In this document: positions 20,700 to 29,162 of the stretch, piece by piece | Layout: each line of letters starts with the position of its first letter | Numbering within the stretch: position 1 is the first letter of the stretch | Source: a virus | Direction: 5' to 3' (one strand) | IMG/VR virus record: IMGVR_UViG_3300045988_097193 | DNA length: 33,013 bases | The notes under the pieces: generated by a model | Databases searched by the model: none | What the model was told of the DNA's origin: nothing | What the model saw: only the letters and a program-made list of their open reading frames with translations | Made by a program: the position numbers and the translations under genes

Positions 20700-23249
20700 C
20701 TATGCGTAAATCGCGTTCGTGACCGTGCGCTCCACGAACTTGCCAGCCACCTCGTCATCGAGCACGATGTGGACGCGCCCGAGGGCTTCGATGACAGCGT
20801 CGACGACGCTGGGATTGGCTACCGTCCCAGCTGCGGAATAACCGCTGTATGCAATCTGCGGGTCTCCCACGAAAGCCGAGGGGTCGGGCATGGCGTCCTG
20901 CATCTGACCGACAACGCTGCCCATCTCGTCGGTGAAGCCCTCGCCGATGCCCTGTGCGATGTACTTGCCGACTTGGTCGCGGAACAGCCGCGAGGGCGAG
21001 CGGATGCCGAGGGCGTCCTTCATGCCGTCGAGGATGCCGGACGCGAAGCTCTTCACCTTGTCGGCCAGCCAACCAGCGGCGCCAGATATTCCGTTCCAGA
21101 TTCCGCGCACAATGTCACCGCCGATGCTGAGCACGCGGCTAGGCAGCGAGGTCAGCCCATTGACCACCGCGTTGAACATGTTCCTTGCGCCCTCAGCGCC
21201 CTTGCTCGCCATGTTACCAGCCCAAGAGCCGAGGTTCGAGATGACGTTGCCAAGGAAACTTGCGATGCGCCCGGGCAGCTGCGAGACGAAGTTGACAGCG
21301 TTGCTCAGGAATTGCGAACCAGCTCGGGTCGCGTTGCTGGCCATGTTCGATGCCCAGCCAACGACGTTGGAAATGACGTTGCCAAGGAAACTTGCGATGT
21401 TCGTGGGAAGGTTCTGTATGAAAGTCTCGACATTGTAGACGAATTGCGAACCCGCGAGCGCTGCGTTGCTCGCCATGTACGAAACCCAATCGGTAACCGT
21501 GCCGATGACGTTGTTCAGCCAGTCGGAGAACATCTGCGGCAGCTGCGAGATTGTTGTGCCGAGGTTAGAGAAGAAGCCTCCGATTGCCTGAATCGCATCG
21601 CCGATGAAGTCCTTGATGCCATTCCACACGTTCATTACAGCATCTCGGAAACCTTCGTTCGTGTTCCAGAGCACGACTATCGCGGCGATAAGCCCGGCAA
21701 CAAGCCCGACCACCAGCCCGATTGGGGACGCGAGCTGCGCGGCATTGAGAAGCCGCTGCGCCACTGTCATCCCTTCGGTCGCGGTCTTCCAGCTTCGGAA
21801 CGCGGAGACCATCGCTTCGACCTTCTGAGCGACCATGATGCCGCCCAACGCTGTGGAGATTCCCGCCAGCAGCGGCGCTATCGTCGGCAGGTTGTCCTTC
21901 AGCCACGATATGCCTTTCTTGATTGGCGGGATGACCTTGGAAACGCCGTCGCTGATTGTGTTGATGAAGCCAGTGACGTTCTCGCTGCCGATTGCATCGT
22001 AAATCTGCATGAGACCATCGGTGACAGCCGCCTGCATGTTTCCCATCGCTCCCTCGAAAGTTGACGTGGAAGTAGCGGCCTGCTGGGCAGCGTCGGTGAA
22101 GCCCAGACTCATGATTGCCTGATTGAACTCGTCAGCCGTGATTTGGCCTTGGGCCATAGCGTCGCGGAAATTCCCCGTGTACGCGCCGTTCTGCTGCAAC
22201 GCTTCTTGCAGCTTGCCGGACGCGCCGGGAATCGCGTCAGCGAGCTGGTTCCAGTTTTCAGTCGTGAGCTTGCCTGCGCCAGCCGTCTGCGTTAGCACCA
22301 TCGCCACGCTCTTGAACGTGTCGGCGTTGCCGCCAGCGACGGCGTTCAGGTTGCCAGCGGCCTGCGTCAGACCCGTGTAGTCCTGAATGCCGTTGGCAGC
22401 GAGCTGCGCGGTCGTATTCGCAACCGTGTCGAGGTCGTACACCGTCTGGTCGGCGTACGTCTTCATATCGTCCTTGGCTTTGGAGATTGTCGAATCGTCG
22501 TATCCGGCGAAGCTCATGGTCGATTCGAACTTCTTCAGAGCATCGGAGGAGTTGATTGCTTCGCCCACAAGGCTCTGCATGCCGTTGATTGCCGACGTGA
22601 GGATGTTGCCAGCGAGGTTGGCGATAGCGCCCTTCAGGACGGTGAACCCGCCCTCGGCGTTCCGCGCCTTCTCGCCCGCGTCCTCGACCGATTCGCCGAG
22701 CTTTCCGCTTGAAGTTGCGGATTTGCCCATCTGAGATTCGAGGTCTTTGATTTCGCTCGCGGTCTTGTTTATGTCCGCCTGCGCGTTGTTCATCTGCGTG
22801 CGCATACGAGACATGGAGCGCTCGTTCTGGTCGTTGGCCGCGGTCGATTTATCGACCTGCTCTTTCAGCTTTTCGACAACTTCCGCCTGCTGCTTGTACT
22901 CGGGCGAGGTAGTTCCAAGCTCGCGCCCGATGCGCTCAAGCTCGGACTTCTCGCGGTTGTACGAAGCGACCAGCTGCTCGTGCTTCTCCTTGTTTTGCTG
23001 GTACTCGCTGCCCATCTTCTCGTACTGCTCGCGCAGCACAGAGAGCTTCGCCTTCTGCTCTTCGAGTCGATGGGTCAGCGCCGTCTGCTTTGCGGTCAGC
23101 GCTTCGATGCTCGTGTCGTTCTTGTCGTACTGCGAGGACACGAGCTTCAGCTCGGATGAAACCTCCTTGAGATTCTGCGTGATGTTGCGCAGCGCGGCGC
23201 GGTACGCGCTCTCGCCTTGCAGCTTGACCGCGCCACCGAAACTCGCCAT
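20700..23249 (-). CDS. Tape measure protein
   Basis: 849 aa with a coiled-coil N-terminus, a hydrophobic central segment, internal tandem repeats (IASFLGNVISN..GW..NMAS...) and C-terminal GIRSPSRLFRD. Confidence 0.9.
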   Translation of the reverse strand: MASFGGAVKLQGESAYRAALRNITQNLKEVSSELKLVSSQYDKNDTSIEALTAKQTALTHRLEEQKAKLSVLREQYEKMGSEYQQNKEKHEQLVASYNREKSELERIGRELGTTSPEYKQQAEVVEKLKEQVDKSTAANDQNERSMSRMRTQMNNAQADINKTASEIKDLESQMGKSATSSGKLGESVEDAGEKARNAEGGFTVLKGAIANLAGNILTSAINGMQSLVGEAINSSDALKKFESTMSFAGYDDSTISKAKDDMKTYADQTVYDLDTVANTTAQLAANGIQDYTGLTQAAGNLNAVAGGNADTFKSVAMVLTQTAGAGKLTTENWNQLADAIPGASGKLQEALQQNGAYTGNFRDAMAQGQITADEFNQAIMSLGFTDAAQQAATSTSTFEGAMGNMQAAVTDGLMQIYDAIGSENVTGFINTISDGVSKVIPPIKKGISWLKDNLPTIAPLLAGISTALGGIMVAQKVEAMVSAFRSWKTATEGMTVAQRLLNAAQLASPIGLVVGLVAGLIAAIVVLWNTNEGFRDAVMNVWNGIKDFIGDAIQAIGGFFSNLGTTISQLPQMFSDWLNNVIGTVTDWVSYMASNAALAGSQFVYNVETFIQNLPTNIASFLGNVISNVVGWASNMASNATRAGSQFLSNAVNFVSQLPGRIASFLGNVISNLGSWAGNMASKGAEGARNMFNAVVNGLTSLPSRVLSIGGDIVRGIWNGISGAAGWLADKVKSFASGILDGMKDALGIRSPSRLFRDQVGKYIAQGIGEGFTDEMGSVVGQMQDAMPDPSAFVGDPQIAYSGYSAAGTVANPSVVDAVIEALGRVHIVLDDEVAGKFVERTVTNAIYA

Positions 23250-23264
23250 ATAACCACCCCCTAG

Positions 23265-23857
23265 TTAAAACCATTCCTCGTCGCTCATGGACTGCGCTTC
23301 GAGCTTGGCGTACGTTGACCCGCTCGACCTCAGCCGCGTCTCTATGTCGAACGTGTCCTTGTACGCTTGGTAGAGCGCCCGAAACCGTCTGAGTGTCAGT
23401 CTCCCGACTTCCTTGTCGGACGAAAGCCCTAAGCGCGTCCGCCCGATTAAGTAGTACCACGCGAAGTTAATGGTCGGGTCATAATCGAAAATCACGTCTT
23501 CGTCGTGGACTATGCGTTTTTTGAATCATCTGCTGCGGAATCGACCACCGTCTGCTGCACCTTGCCCGTCACTGATTCAAGGCCGACAGCCGTCAGGATG
23601 CGGGCCACCTTGCGATGCGTGAGCGGCTTCTCGTCGGTGCCGTCCTCGTCGTTGGCGATTTCGATTCCCTCGTTAATCATCTGCGTAGCCCCGAAGACGA
23701 GCGCCTTGATATTAGGCTCACCCTCTTCAGGCTCCACGAGCTTGCCCCATGCCTCGATGCTGCCGTACTCGTCCTGAATTGCCTCCATGACGTTTAGGTC
23801 GAAAGCGAGCTTGTACGTCTTGTCTTTGTACTCGATTTCCTGCAGTTTGCTTTTCAT
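23265..23857 (-). CDS. Tail assembly chaperone G-T fusion made by -1 frameshift
   Basis: The -1 frame is open from the slippery site into ORF 23265..23495, whose annotated M is an internal GTG. Confidence 0.7.
23510..23857 (-). CDS. Tail assembly chaperone (G-like)
   Basis: 115-aa acidic protein between the major tail and tape measure genes. Confidence 0.8.
   Translation of the reverse strand: MKSKLQEIEYKDKTYKLAFDLNVMEAIQDEYGSIEAWGKLVEPEEGEPNIKALVFGATQMINEGIEIANDEDGTDEKPLTHRKVARILTAVGLESVTGKVQQTVVDSAADDSKNA
23516..23522 (-). promoter_or_regulatory. -1 programmed frameshift slippery heptamer A_AAA_AAC
   Basis: Minus strand gat tcA AAA AAC gca tag, three codons before the G stop. Confidence 0.7.
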
Positions 23858-23923
23858 GCCGTTCCTTCCTCCTTTTAAAACAATGGGCCACGGCGATTGC
23901 CATGACCCATTATCTCACATCCT

Positions 23924-24508
23924 TTAGGCCGCACCTTTAGGCGCTGCCGCCTTGAGCTTGTCCTTGACCCATGTAACGGCGTCTTCCTTGGTGTCGAACG
24001 TCTGCGCCGCAGACCAGTTGCCGTCCGCAAGGCTCGCCGCAGCTCCCTCGATTTCAGGCGTCTTGAAGTCAACCTTCTCGCCCTTCGTCTGGTCTTCCTG
24101 CGACGGTTCGCTGAACTTGACCTTATAAAGGAACTCGCCCTTGTACTTCAGGGCGCCGTTGACCATCTTGGTGATGACGCGACCGAGGCCGATGTAGGGG
24201 GCGACGTCGTTGGCATTACGTACCATCTCGCCCTTGCCTGACACGTCGTCATTGACGGTGTGGCCGAGGATTGGCGCGAAAATCGTATCGTCATCGTCGG
24301 CAACACCGAGCGTCACGGAAGCGCTGTTGAAGCTCTTGTCGGATTCAGCAAGAGCGTCCTCGGCATAGAGCGTCGCGTCGTTGTTTGTGACGGAGACCTT
24401 GCAGGAAACCGCCTTGCCGAAAGACTTCGCGCCATCGTAGGTCGGTGCTCCGTCCTCGACTTCGGTGAGCTCCGCCCACCAGATGTTGGTAAGACCAATC
24501 TTTGCCAT
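23924..24508 (-). CDS. Major tail protein (phi13-like family)
   Basis: ATG 24508 follows SD AGAGGGG. MAKIGLTNIWWAELTE... typical N-terminus. Positioned before the chaperones. Confidence 0.8.
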   Translation of the reverse strand: MAKIGLTNIWWAELTEVEDGAPTYDGAKSFGKAVSCKVSVTNNDATLYAEDALAESDKSFNSASVTLGVADDDDTIFAPILGHTVNDDVSGKGEMVRNANDVAPYIGLGRVITKMVNGALKYKGEFLYKVKFSEPSQEDQTKGEKVDFKTPEIEGAAASLADGNWSAAQTFDTKEDAVTWVKDKLKAAAPKGAA

Positions 24509-24510
24509 GG

Positions 24511-24858
24511 TTAAACCCCTCTTTCTTTTGCGAAACTGAGCGTGACGTGGAAGTAGCCGGTATCGTCCTCGTACATGTCGGAGGACGAGCGCGATACCTG
24601 CCACGTCCAGCCCGCGTTTTCCATCTTGTCTTTCACCGCGTTCACAAGCTCGGTGAAGTTTCCCTTGCTGTAAACGTCGAAGTCGTAATACGTGACGTAG
24701 CCGAGAATCGAATCGTCTCCAGCATAAGAGCTGTCGTCGTACTCGCGGCTGAAGATGACGTAAGGCTCGCCGTGTCCCTCGTAGGTCATGAACCGCACGG
24801 GAACCTCTTTGCCGTTGACGGTGAAGCCGTCGAAAATCTTGACGATTTCAGCGTTCAT
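24511..24858 (-). CDS. Tail terminator / tail-completion protein
   Basis: Assigned from position and size (115 aa) between the gp10-like and major tail genes. Confidence 0.6.
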   Translation of the reverse strand: MNAEIVKIFDGFTVNGKEVPVRFMTYEGHGEPYVIFSREYDDSSYAGDDSILGYVTYYDFDVYSKGNFTELVNAVKDKMENAGWTWQVSRSSSDMYEDDTGYFHVTLSFAKERGV

Positions 24859-24862
24859 CGGC

Positions 24863-25282
24863 TCACCCCTTCGGCAGGTACTTGTCCTGCACCTTTTTCA
24901 TGGCCGATTCGATTTCGCTGCTCACGAAGCTGCGACGCATGAAAGGATGCCGTGGATACGTCGAATTGCTGCGCCCGTATTCGAACAGGTTGCACACCAG
25001 CGGCGCTGGCGTTCTCTTCCCGTCCTCGTTGGTGAAGTAGCCATAGAACGCGACCTTTGTTGCAACGCCGTCATCGGAAGGTGTCTTGTATGAGCGGGTC
25101 AGCTTCAGGCACTTCATGATGCCCGACTTCATGAAGCTCGACGGGACGTTGGACTTGACGTTCACCAAGACCTTCTTCGCCCCCTCTCGCGTCATCTCCT
25201 TGAGCATCGTGTCGGTGTTCTTGTCAAGGAACTCGAACTGCTCCATAAGCTCGGTCGGGAGCTGTTCGTCAAATGTTGCCAT
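24863..25282 (-). CDS. HK97 gp10-family head-tail joining protein
   Basis: 139 aa. ...FEYGRSNSTYPRHPFMRRSF... is typical of the gp10 family. Confidence 0.7.
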   Translation of the reverse strand: MATFDEQLPTELMEQFEFLDKNTDTMLKEMTREGAKKVLVNVKSNVPSSFMKSGIMKCLKLTRSYKTPSDDGVATKVAFYGYFTNEDGKRTPAPLVCNLFEYGRSNSTYPRHPFMRRSFVSSEIESAMKKVQDKYLPKG

Positions 25283-25611
25283 CAGCGCATCACCTCCTTC
25301 GCTTGAATCTCCAACTCGACGTTGGCGTAATCGACGTTGTTCAGGTATTGAATCTCGTAGCGCCTTCCGTCGAACAGAACCACCATGTCTCGGTCGATTT
25401 TGGTTGTCGGCGGGTAGCGAATCGTGAAGTTCGTCGTTGCCGCCTCAAAGCTCGTGCCGCTCTTGATGAGCGTGTACCCGCGAGTCGTTCTCACGCTAGC
25501 GTAGGCTTCGAGGATTGGTTCGTCAACCGTGGTCGGGAACCCTTCCGCGTCGTGCGATACCTTCGGCTTGACGATTTGGATTCGGTGGTCGTACTTGCCT
25601 GCGTTAATCAT
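25282..25611 (-). CDS. Head-tail adaptor / head closure protein (SPP1 gp16-like)
   Basis: MINAGKYDHRIQIV...A.VRTTRGYT......T..FTIRY....I..DM.V.F.GR.YEI pattern. Confidence 0.75.
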   Translation of the reverse strand: MINAGKYDHRIQIVKPKVSHDAEGFPTTVDEPILEAYASVRTTRGYTLIKSGTSFEAATTNFTIRYPPTTKIDRDMVVLFDGRRYEIQYLNNVDYANVELEIQAKEVMR

Positions 25612-25927
25612 CGTGCATCACCGAGGGGAGAAGGTTGACGGAGTGCATGTCGAGGATGCTCTGCACCATGCGGTTGACGTTCGCGGAATCGACATACAGG
25701 GCGCGGTTGTCGTACATGTCTTGGCAAAGCACCAAGAGCACCGGTACGAAGTCCTGAGACTCGTCAAGCTGCGCGGTCGTAAGACCCGTGTACTTGCACA
25801 TGTAGGCCGTAGCCGCGCCGATAATCGTATTGAGGAACCCTTCATCGGAAGGTGTCACCTCGCCGACCCTGAGAAATGCCGCAAGGTCGGTCGAAGTGAC
25901 CTCCGAGACTTTCGCAATCTGGTTCAT
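25604..25927 (-). CDS. Head-tail connector (gp6-like DNA-packaging/connector family)
   Basis: 107 aa. ...LAAFLRV......E.FL..II.AATAY....TG... pattern. Confidence 0.7.
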   Translation of the reverse strand: MNQIAKVSEVTSTDLAAFLRVGEVTPSDEGFLNTIIGAATAYMCKYTGLTTAQLDESQDFVPVLLVLCQDMYDNRALYVDSANVNRMVQSILDMHSVNLLPSVMHDD

Positions 25928-25939
25928 GTCGTTTCCCCC

Positions 25940-26116
25940 TTACTCTCGGGGATTCGGCTCCCCAGACTTATTGACGCTCCTGCCGCGCTTGGGCTTGACC
26001 TCTTCGATGTAGCCAGCCTTGGTGAGGTCGGCAACGATTTCGGCGTCCTCAATCTCCCGCGTCTCGCCCTCATACATCGAGATGACGCCGCTGAAAGACT
26101 TCAACGCCTTATGCAT
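25940..26116 (-). CDS. 58-aa protein after the capsid gene (below the ORF-track cutoff); HeH/SAP-like helix pair
   Basis: ATG 26116 overlaps the capsid stop. MHKALKSFSGVISMYEGETREIEDAEIVADLTKAGYIEEVKPKRG... Confidence 0.5.
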   Translation of the reverse strand: MHKALKSFSGVISMYEGETREIEDAEIVADLTKAGYIEEVKPKRGRSVNKSGEPNPRE

Positions 26117-27290
26117 CGGCCATCACCAGCTTGGCCAGCTTCTGCTCGTCCTGAACCTTGGAGTCGAACTCGAACCAGCTGATGACGCCAGTCGCGTGCT
26201 CGTCGGCGTACTTCTCACGAAGAACCTGCGTCGTGATGTTCTCCGAGAACTTAGTGGCAAGGCCAGTCATATCGCCGTAATAGATGGTCGTTTTATTAGC
26301 ATTGATGCCGGGCATGCTGTCGGACACATAGACCGGCTTGCCGAGAAGGACGGTACCGAACGGCGAAGAGATGTCATCGTTGAGCAGGTAGTGGCCGTCG
26401 GAATCCTTCAGCAGTCGGAGCGCCGTGCGGGTCGCAGGGGACATAATCCAAATCGCGTTGTTCTGGTAGACGTCCTTAACGGAATCCTTCAGCTTGACAA
26501 CCTCGTCGGACGTGATTGCGGTACTAGCAGTGGTGGTCACGGAGTTGGTGAGCTTGGAAAGGCCCTCGACCTTCTTATTGGTGCCGATGAGAAGCTCGCG
26601 CTCGATGAATCGAGCGATGTCCTCGCCCATCTGGTTGACCACGAAGGAAACGATATCGAACTGGGCGTTGTTGATAAGCGAGTTGCTAATCTTGGAAAGC
26701 GCACCGGCGAGGAAGCCGTCAAGCTCGATGTTCTTGAACTTGCCGTTGCTGGAAGTCAGCGGGGTGAACTCATCGGCGTAACCGACTTTGATGCCGCCGT
26801 CCGTGGTGTCGTAGTACGGAATCTGGAGCTTGCCCTTGACGTTGTACTTCTGGGACTTCTCAAGAATCGGCGAGACGTCGTAGACCTTCTTGATAATCTG
26901 CTGCGCGATAGTGGTCGGGATGACCGAACCGTTGTCGGTCTTGGTCAGCTCGCCCGCACGCTCGTGGACGACGCGGCCACGGATGAAGTTCTCGAAGGCG
27001 CGGGTGTCCTGCTGTTCCTGAGTCGGCTTCGGCTCGCCGCCAGCGGGCGTAGGCTCCTGCTTCGGCTGCTTATCCTTGGAATCGTCAAGCTCGTCACCGA
27101 TTTTGAGCGCCTCCTTGATGCGCTTCACATCGTCGCGAATCTCTGCAAGCTCTTCGGCCTCGTCCTCGGTAAGCTCGCGCTTGTTCACCTCGGCGTCGGC
27201 GAGAATCTTCTCGGCCTTCTCAATCTTGTCGTTCTTCAGCTCCATGAGGTTCTTGTAGCTCATGGCTCGGGTGTGGAAAATCTTCTGCAT
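26109..27290 (-). CDS. Major capsid protein, HK97 family, with an N-terminal coiled-coil delta domain
   Basis: 393 aa. ATG lies 7 nt after AAGGAGG. Follows the prohead protease. Confidence 0.9.
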   Translation of the reverse strand: MQKIFHTRAMSYKNLMELKNDKIEKAEKILADAEVNKRELTEDEAEELAEIRDDVKRIKEALKIGDELDDSKDKQPKQEPTPAGGEPKPTQEQQDTRAFENFIRGRVVHERAGELTKTDNGSVIPTTIAQQIIKKVYDVSPILEKSQKYNVKGKLQIPYYDTTDGGIKVGYADEFTPLTSSNGKFKNIELDGFLAGALSKISNSLINNAQFDIVSFVVNQMGEDIARFIERELLIGTNKKVEGLSKLTNSVTTTASTAITSDEVVKLKDSVKDVYQNNAIWIMSPATRTALRLLKDSDGHYLLNDDISSPFGTVLLGKPVYVSDSMPGINANKTTIYYGDMTGLATKFSENITTQVLREKYADEHATGVISWFEFDSKVQDEQKLAKLVMADA

Positions 27291-27292
27291 TG

Positions 27293-27928
27293 CTAGTCCT
27301 CCTTCATCTCGGCGATAATCGCCTTGTACTTGCTATAGTCAATCTTTTGCTTGGTTTCACGTGAAACATCGTCTGGCTTTTCCTCTCGCGTTTCACGTGA
27401 AACATTGTGTTCATCATCGTCGGCGTCGAACGAATCTGAGACGAACATACTGTTCTCGGAATCCTCGCTGCGGGCCATGATGAGCGTGCCGTCGTATGCG
27501 GGGACCTTGGAGCGGTCGAGGATGGATACCTCCTCAAGGTCGAGGTCATTCACCTCGCGCGTGAGCATGCCGTTCTCGACGCCGTTCTTCACGTCGCGGT
27601 CGTAGAAACCGAAAGACCAGCCCACGAGGTCGCCGCGCTTCGCCATCTCCATGACTTCCTTGTCGGAAATGGTGCATTTGGCGCGAAGCCCAATGTTGTC
27701 CTCGGTCAGTTCGAGGTTGCCCTGCTTGGTGCTGCCCAAATCGCGCTGCCAGTCGTGGTTGAGAAGTACGTGAACGTCGTCGTTCCTCTTCAGGGCACGT
27801 GCGAACGCGCCCTTCTTGATTCGCTCGATGAACTTTCCCATGCGCGAAAGCAGCGGCTTGCTGTTTCGCTCGACGGCGTTGACGTAGCCCTCGATTTCGA
27901 CCGCGTCCTCACGGATGTTAATCTGCAT
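27293..27928 (-). CDS. HK97-family prohead protease (S78/U35)
   Basis: IKKGAFARALKRNDDVHVLLNHDWQRDLGSTKQGNLELTEDNIGLRAK. ATG 27928 follows GGGGGTGA. Confidence 0.85.
   Translation of the reverse strand: MQINIREDAVEIEGYVNAVERNSKPLLSRMGKFIERIKKGAFARALKRNDDVHVLLNHDWQRDLGSTKQGNLELTEDNIGLRAKCTISDKEVMEMAKRGDLVGWSFGFYDRDVKNGVENGMLTREVNDLDLEEVSILDRSKVPAYDGTLIMARSEDSENSMFVSDSFDADDDEHNVSRETREEKPDDVSRETKQKIDYSKYKAIIAEMKED
27354..27405. repeat. Two 16-bp direct repeats GTTTCACGTGAAACAT (27354, 27390), each containing the 12-bp palindrome TTTCACGTGAAA
   Basis: Read directly. They encode the duplicated (N/D)VSRET in the protease C-terminus. Confidence 0.9.
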
Positions 27929-29150
27929 TGATTTCACCCCCCTGCGCCTCAATTACGCTGCCAGAATCCGAAATGCCAGCCGCCTTCGTGGAGTCCGTGT
28001 TCGGGGTGTACGTCTCTCCAGTGGTGGTGTCGAAGAGAACTGAACCGAGTCCGAGGTCGATAATGTCAAGCCCCGGAATCTCGTTCATGTTCTCATTGTG
28101 GCGCATCTCGTTGATTGCCATTATGCCACATTCCTTTGCGAGCTTGTACGTCTCGTATCGCTCCTTCAGACTGGCCTTGATAATCTCGCGGCTGTCGAAC
28201 GCGAAGAAGTAATTTCGCTTCTCCCTTTCGAGCAGCAGGTCGCGGTTGAGCGCCGTCTCGAAAGCTCTCACGATGGGGTAGATTGCGAACTTGTACGTCT
28301 CTTCGAAGTTTTCCCTGATATGGAAGATGCCGTTAATCTCGTCGGCCATCGTCCGCTTGTTCTCGTTGAGCTGCATCTCGGTGGAAGTGCTCGACGCTTC
28401 TTGGAACTCCAAGCCGTTGTTCAGAACGACAACGTTTTCCTCGCTGTTGCCGTAAAGGTTCGACCATGCGCTCTTGAGCGCGTCGATTTCCTCCTGCCCC
28501 AGCTTGCGCTGCGACTTCAGGAACCCGCGCTTGTTTCCGCCCGCCTTCACCAACCCAAGCTGGTACATGAGCGTTTGGTATCCCGTCTCAAGGGCCTTTG
28601 CGACCTCGACCGTAAGTCCGACACCGCTTGCGCCGTCCTTCGTGTTGCGCAGAATCTTGATGAACTCGAAGGGCTTGTACGTCCCGTCACCGACGATGAT
28701 GTCGTACGACTTGTAAATCGGGTCGCTGTTGATGTTGATGCTCACCGCGTCGCAATTAACGTAAAACAGACCCGTCACGTCGTTGCGGCTGCGCTCGATG
28801 TAGCAATAGCCGCCTTTGCCCATGAGGTAATCCTCGACCATCGCCTTTTTCAGCTGGAAGCCGTCCAGCGTGTCACCCGTGTCTCCGTTGAGCATCTTCG
28901 TTCGCGGGTCGCTCTCCACCTCTTCGACAACGCCCTTCTTGGTGCGGTACAGGCGCACCGGCATACAGGCCACGGCGCTCGTGATGAAGTCAACGGCGCC
29001 AGATACTGCGGGCAGCATCATTGCCTTGTCGCGGTCGATTGGCTCGTTTGCGAGCAATGCACGCAAGAGCACGTCGTTCACCGTGCCATCGTTGCCGATG
29101 ACGTTCTCGGCGGAGCGCTTGCGCTCCCACCTATCGCTGAACCATCCCAT
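27918..29150 (-). CDS. Portal protein (HK97 family)
   Basis: 410 aa between TerL and the protease. SD AAAGGGGTGA. Confidence 0.9.
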   Translation of the reverse strand: MGWFSDRWERKRSAENVIGNDGTVNDVLLRALLANEPIDRDKAMMLPAVSGAVDFITSAVACMPVRLYRTKKGVVEEVESDPRTKMLNGDTGDTLDGFQLKKAMVEDYLMGKGGYCYIERSRNDVTGLFYVNCDAVSININSDPIYKSYDIIVGDGTYKPFEFIKILRNTKDGASGVGLTVEVAKALETGYQTLMYQLGLVKAGGNKRGFLKSQRKLGQEEIDALKSAWSNLYGNSEENVVVLNNGLEFQEASSTSTEMQLNENKRTMADEINGIFHIRENFEETYKFAIYPIVRAFETALNRDLLLEREKRNYFFAFDSREIIKASLKERYETYKLAKECGIMAINEMRHNENMNEIPGLDIIDLGLGSVLFDTTTGETYTPNTDSTKAAGISDSGSVIEAQGGEINAD

Positions 29151-29162
29151 AGAATCACCCCT

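Noticed and set aside
26019-27296. 425-aa plus-strand ORF. Similar long plus-strand ORFs lie at 28098..29312, 20769..22064, 1102..1815, 10098..10718, 11424..11987, 11662..12306 and 16628..17164.
   Set aside because: These are antisense shadows of clearly recognisable minus-strand genes (capsid, portal, tape measure, lysin and others). They have Arg/Leu/Val/Asp-rich low-complexity composition typical of high-GC antisense frames and no SD sequences.
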